Of a stretch of 64,000 nucleotides of DNA, positions 59,031 to 64,000 are shown in pieces. The number at the start of each line of letters is the position of its first letter. Within the stretch, counting starts at the first letter, position 1. Below the pieces are notes generated by a model, which did no database searches, was not told the origin of the DNA, and saw nothing but the letters and a program-made list of their open reading frames with translations. This DNA is from the human T2T-CHM13v2.0 reference genome, Homo sapiens: the NCBI RefSeq assembly GCF_009914755.1, contig NC_060932.1. One strand, written 5' to 3'. Both the position numbers and the translations under genes were made by a program.

Positions 59031-59279
59031 TGTGTTTCTATAAGCAAACATTCATGTCCCTTCCCAGACATATCAGTCAACCTTGATAATAAATTGCAAT
59101 CATTTTTACTACTTTAACCCCTTCCAGGAGGTGTAAGGTATAATAGTTAGTCCTAATAGTTTTACATTTCCGGCACATCCTGTTTTCTAACCTGGCATTC
59201 CATACAGCATATGTGAATATGAATAAGGATTCAAGTGAACTTCATGTCCCTCGGAATCTAATTTGGGCAACAACCATTT

Positions 59280-59540
59280 CTAGAAGGCCCCTTCTCCTCC
59301 TGCCTCCCACAGCCCCACACTGTTCATTTAATGACTTTTTTTGAAGTTCACGTAGTGCTGTCTGCTAATTGTGACACATTGTTGATTACACTCTAATCTA
59401 ATTGTCTGGGTGCCTTGCCCAGCTAGAGCACAGTCCCATAGTAGCTGGAACTCTGTCATTCTTTCATTCACTTCTCATTGCCTTGAGAGCAGGGCTTACC
59501 TATTATGTATGTTATGTATTTGCCAAATGAGTGAATAAAA
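59280..59540 (+). mobile_element. L2 3' fragment
   Basis: TTTCTAGAAGGCCCCTTCTCC..TTGTCTG..CAGGGCTT..AAATGAGTGAAT. Confidence 0.55.
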
Positions 59541-60699
59541 GACTAAGGAGATATTTTAACTCTTTATTCAGCACCTTATCTTTTGCTTCTCTGCATACCC
59601 ATATTTCATGCTTTGATTTTTCTGCAACTCTAGTCTTTAAAGATTTACCTGTCAACTTAAGAAACACATTGATTGGATAAGATGTTTCCTGGCAGTGTAA
59701 TATGGAATCATGTGGTTGAAAGGGACACTATAGTTCCACCTGTTCTTCTCCAAGAATTGCAACAAAGCATTTTCAACCTCATCTGCAGCCAATTTTAAGG
59801 AAATCTAATAAAGAGGTTTGCAGAGCACCTGAGAGCAGCTAAGATCCCAAGACAAAGTAGAAAATTACCTATTGAAACTACAAATAAAAATGAAATTTAA
59901 ATATATCGTTTTATATATGGGCCATTTGCTTGCTCAATCTCTTTGTACCTGGGAGTGGAGGGAAAGGCTGGGAGTAAAATGGGACTGGATTAAAATATAG
60001 TGATTGTAGATTTTTATGACATATGAAATAAATTGTAAATATTAAAAAGTTGACCTGTAGTAACATGCTTGCAGCCATCTATGTTATTAAGACAGTACTT
60101 AACGAGTTTTGAAACAAGTACTCCTGGCAATATTACTACTATTCTTAACCTATATGTGATAGACATTTTCAAAAAGTCATCATATCTGATTGCCTTCTAT
60201 GCTGTTCTTTAAATGTTTGAAATCGTGTTTTTATATATGAATACAACCAATCAGAATACAGGTACATTGCTTCAAGTACTATTTCAAAAAGTTTCTCCAA
60301 TGACATGACTCAGCGATTTCTTAAAGGATAGAAAAACACTTTGTTAATGGAGAAAACCAGAAGTCCACCTTCTCTTGGAAATAAATGTTGAATTTTAACT
60401 GAGTAACTTTGCATCAGCCACATCGTATTATTGACATGTATTAGGTGGTAGATTTCTGTAGTAGCAGTTCTTTAAAGGAAAAAAAAAAAAAAAGGATTTC
60501 TTTTCCATTGCCTTCTTTTTTTTTTTTTTAACAAAATGAGATATTCCTCAGATGGGTAACCTTCAGCTTTGCAGCCTGAGGGCCATACCTAGGAAGTGGA
60601 ACTAGGTGCCTTGGGTCAGCATTGTCCTGTGTTAGGGGGAGGTGGTAATTTCTAAGACTTTTGCCATTTTCCTGAAATTGCTTTGGGCTCCATGTTACC

Positions 60700-60875
60700 T
60701 AAGGTTTGAGAACAAGCTCTGAAGCTGGATACACGCAGGTTTCATCACAGCTCTACCACTCAATATCAGGGTGCACTTGGCAAACAAGTTAATTAACTCC
60801 TGGAAACCTCAGGCTCCTCAGGATTGTGTGGATTAAATGAGAAGATAGATATAAAGCACTTAGCATATTCTGCTG
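60700..60875 (+). mobile_element. MIR
   Basis: CAGCTCTACCACT..CTTGGCAAACAAGTT..GGATTAAATGAGA..TAAAGCACTTAGCA. Confidence 0.8.
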
Positions 60876-60918
60876 TTCTGTTGGCTCAATTTTTATTGCA
60901 TTTAAAAGGATAGTTGAA

Positions 60919-61064
60919 GTCAGGCACAGTGGCTCACATCTGTAATCCCAGGTGGGGAAGATTGCTTGAGCCCTGGAGGTCAAGTTTGCATTGAGCCATG
61001 ATCACACCACTACACTCTAGCCTGGGCAACAGGGTGAAACCTTGTCTGAAAATGAATGAATGAA
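60919..61064 (+). mobile_element. Alu monomer (FRAM/FAM-like) with (ATGA)n tail
   Basis: Single right-arm-like monomer; outer TSD AAAAGGATAG(T/G)TGA at 60904-60917 and 61402-61415. Confidence 0.85.
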
Positions 61065-61070
61065 TGAATG

Positions 61071-61386
<316 letters not shown>

Positions 61387-61578
61387 TGAATGAATTTTTT
61401 AAAAAGGATAGGTGATTTATTTTTCAGAACTTTTTAGTTTTCCTATATTCAGATGCCTTTTTCAACTTTGAATGTTTATGCAAAGCTTGGGAATCTGATT
61501 GTTGCCCCAATATAAATAAATACACTGTTGTAGTCCATTGAATTAGAACAAAAGTGTCTAGTGAATTTGAATTCCATC

Positions 61579-62586
61579 CAATCACTACTTTTCACTTTGC
61601 ATGGTTTCAATCTGCATTAATTTCAATTCTCGTATTTTAGTTAAATAAAACCAGTTCCCCAACGTCACAGTTCAAATCTTAGTTACCATAGTATATTAAC
61701 TGTAATTAAATAAAGTGCAAACCTCATAGTTAGGTCTTCATTCCCCAAATCACTCTGTAAATAGCAGGTGCTCATCATGATCAATGACCAATCATGCCCC
61801 TTCTTTCCATGTCTGCTGGTGATGGTTCTGTGCACATTTATTATTCAGTTTTCACACAGACAGGAAAGGTTGTCCTTGTGTTGCCTCCCCACCAAGAGTG
61901 ATAACTCATGTGGAATTTTACAAAAATAGATTTAAAAGATGGAATTAGTCAACAAAGATGGAAACACAGCAGGGCAATGAAAAGTGGCAGTCAAATTAGA
62001 ATCAAGCATGTGTAGAAGAAATAGCTGATGGTGGGGATGTTGACACTGCTCGTGATCTGGGAGGAGACTCTGGATAGGCCAACAGGAACCCAGGGAAGGC
62101 AGACTTATCAGCATAAATGAGGAATGGGGTTTTGACAGAAAGGACAAAGATATCCCATAGGAAGTGATATCATCAAAAAGCTTTACATTAAAGGAGTTCT
62201 CAGAAAGCACAAAGGATAAAATGTTGGAAGCTGACCCAAACTTACAAAGGGCAGTTAGCCAAACCATAAAAAAGATGCTCACGCCATACTGTATGCTGTG
62301 TGATGAGATGAAGTCACACACCATTCAGACTACTCCTGATACATTTTTAAAACTGAAAGACTGAAAGTCTAAAACCTCAGTGTGTTTATGTTGTCAGTTA
62401 CTGTTTTATAGTGTTCATTTCCCTTCACATTTATAACTGACGATAAGCGAGTTTTAACGCTTTGACAAAAAGTTTTAAAAGGTCACAGAAGAGTCATAAT
62501 TTTTGCCGTTGATTATTAAGTACTCATTGCATGGTTTTGGGTTATATGGTTATTTGTACAGCCATAACCTCACAAAGCAGGGACTG
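61579..62586 (+). mobile_element. Tigger (pogo-type) internal-deletion element with transposase C-terminal remnant
   Basis: ORF 62164-62364 FTLKEFSE..KDKMLEADPNL..IKKMLTPY..IQTTPDTF; degenerate TIRs CAATCACTACTTTT / CAAAGCAGGGACTG; subfamily uncertain. Confidence 0.75.
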
Positions 62587-64000
62587 GCGGTGGTAAAAAA
62601 AAAAAGTAGTCAAACCACTACTGTTGCCGTCTGGATTTTATGTTACTGAAAAATTAGTTAACACATTCTCAATATTATCAATAGTTTCCTAGCCTGTTAA
62701 AGGCAATTTATGTAGTAATAGATGCCTTATTGATTACAGAACTTGACTTTCTAATATTTGCTACTTTTAATTTTCAAAAAGTCCTGAAATTAAATATTCA
62801 GACTCACATTTCTGTGGTACTTTTAGTGAAATATTTTTGCAACATTAAAGTTTTTTGTTGTTGTTGTTGTCCTTTTCATTTTAAAAGAAGGCCCACCGGG
62901 ATTCTCCATCAGCAAACAGCCAACCCACTGCATTATACATAGCAAGTTTTAGTGACAGTTCTAGTCTCTTGGGCATGAGAAATACAGTCTTGTTTGCTCG
63001 TTTAAGTCAACAAGCTGTGGGATTTATTGTGTGTTTTGTAGTATGCATGCAGAATGTTTTGATTTTTAAAAGTCTAAAATAATTGAAACTGTCTTGTGTC
63101 ATTCAACCCTGTAATAAGTACCTATAGTTTAAAACCTCAAAATTGGTTGGTTTTGAAAGATGTTTGTATAATGCATAATAATAAGCGCCTCTGGATTATT
63201 TTTAATGCATCAGATCCTGTGCTATGGTCTGTGTAAGAGAAAGGAACCCTGATTACAGTTTTGGAGAGTGTTCCTGGTGCCCCCAGCATGCCCATGGTGG
63301 ATACCACATCATTATGCTGTGCTCTGAGGGGCCTCATTCTGACAGCATGCTTGGTTACATACCGTAATGAAAAGCCTTGTTTGGGGAACATTTGTGCTTT
63401 TAAATATTGGTTTCATCATGTCCAGGGAATGAAGCTGATTTAAACATAGCTCACAGTAAATCTGAGAGTGGAAAGTTTGATTTTACCCACTAGTCTTTCT
63501 AATTTTTTACTAATGTAACGTCCCAATCCATTGTGTAGCAGAGAAGCTAGTTGAATTTGTTCTTCCAGGGGAAGAGGGCCCTTCTTATACATGAGTTTAT
63601 ATGAAGTTTTTCATGTAATGTATTTTATCCTTCATGTTCATCAGCTTTACAGAGAAAAACTTAAAGAGTTCTTACTCCAAAACATTTTGTCTGAGCCTGG
63701 GGTGAAGATTACTATAAGGAATGATTGAGCAACAAGATGCCAGTGATGGTCAAGGAAAAAGTCAAAAATGTTGATTTTGAAGATCCTTTACTAATTCACA
63801 AATTCTGGTTGTTTTTATTTTCATCTATGAACAAGGGCAATTTCAAGAATAGGAAGAAGGAGGAACATAGAGCCTCAGCCAGCATTGACGTGGGTGACAC
63901 CTTCAGAACGGTTGTAGGAGCACAAAGAGTCAGCCTGGTGTCACTTGCTGGCAGGCCTTCACTTCAGATCTGACCTGAAACAACACACAGAACCTCTCCT

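Overview
This is primate (most likely human) genomic DNA, not microbial. It is AT-rich, CpG-depleted and dominated by interspersed repeats: about 14 Alu/FRAM SINEs, one full-length L1PA7-like LINE-1 (47759-54507) with an Alu inside ORF2, a 5'-truncated L1PA2/3-like copy, old L1M and L2 fragments, MIRs, MaLR and ERV1 solo LTRs, and Tigger and hAT DNA-transposon relics. I found no intact protein-coding gene, RNA gene or CRISPR array; the ORFs that resemble known proteins are decayed transposon frames, and most others look like chance or Alu-derived frames. The antisense bias of L1s and LTRs, two promoter/first-exon candidates (about 21.6 kb and 25.6 kb) and a few splice-site-bounded candidate exons suggest a large intron or 5'-UTR region of a + strand gene that I cannot name. 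I did not find a new biological system. The best leads are a consensus-perfect AluYc1, an open ORF0-like antisense frame in the L1 5'UTR, two non-tandem local duplications, a run of six alternating-orientation Alus and the two candidate promoters. Subfamily names come from recalled consensus sequences and need RepeatMasker/Dfam confirmation.
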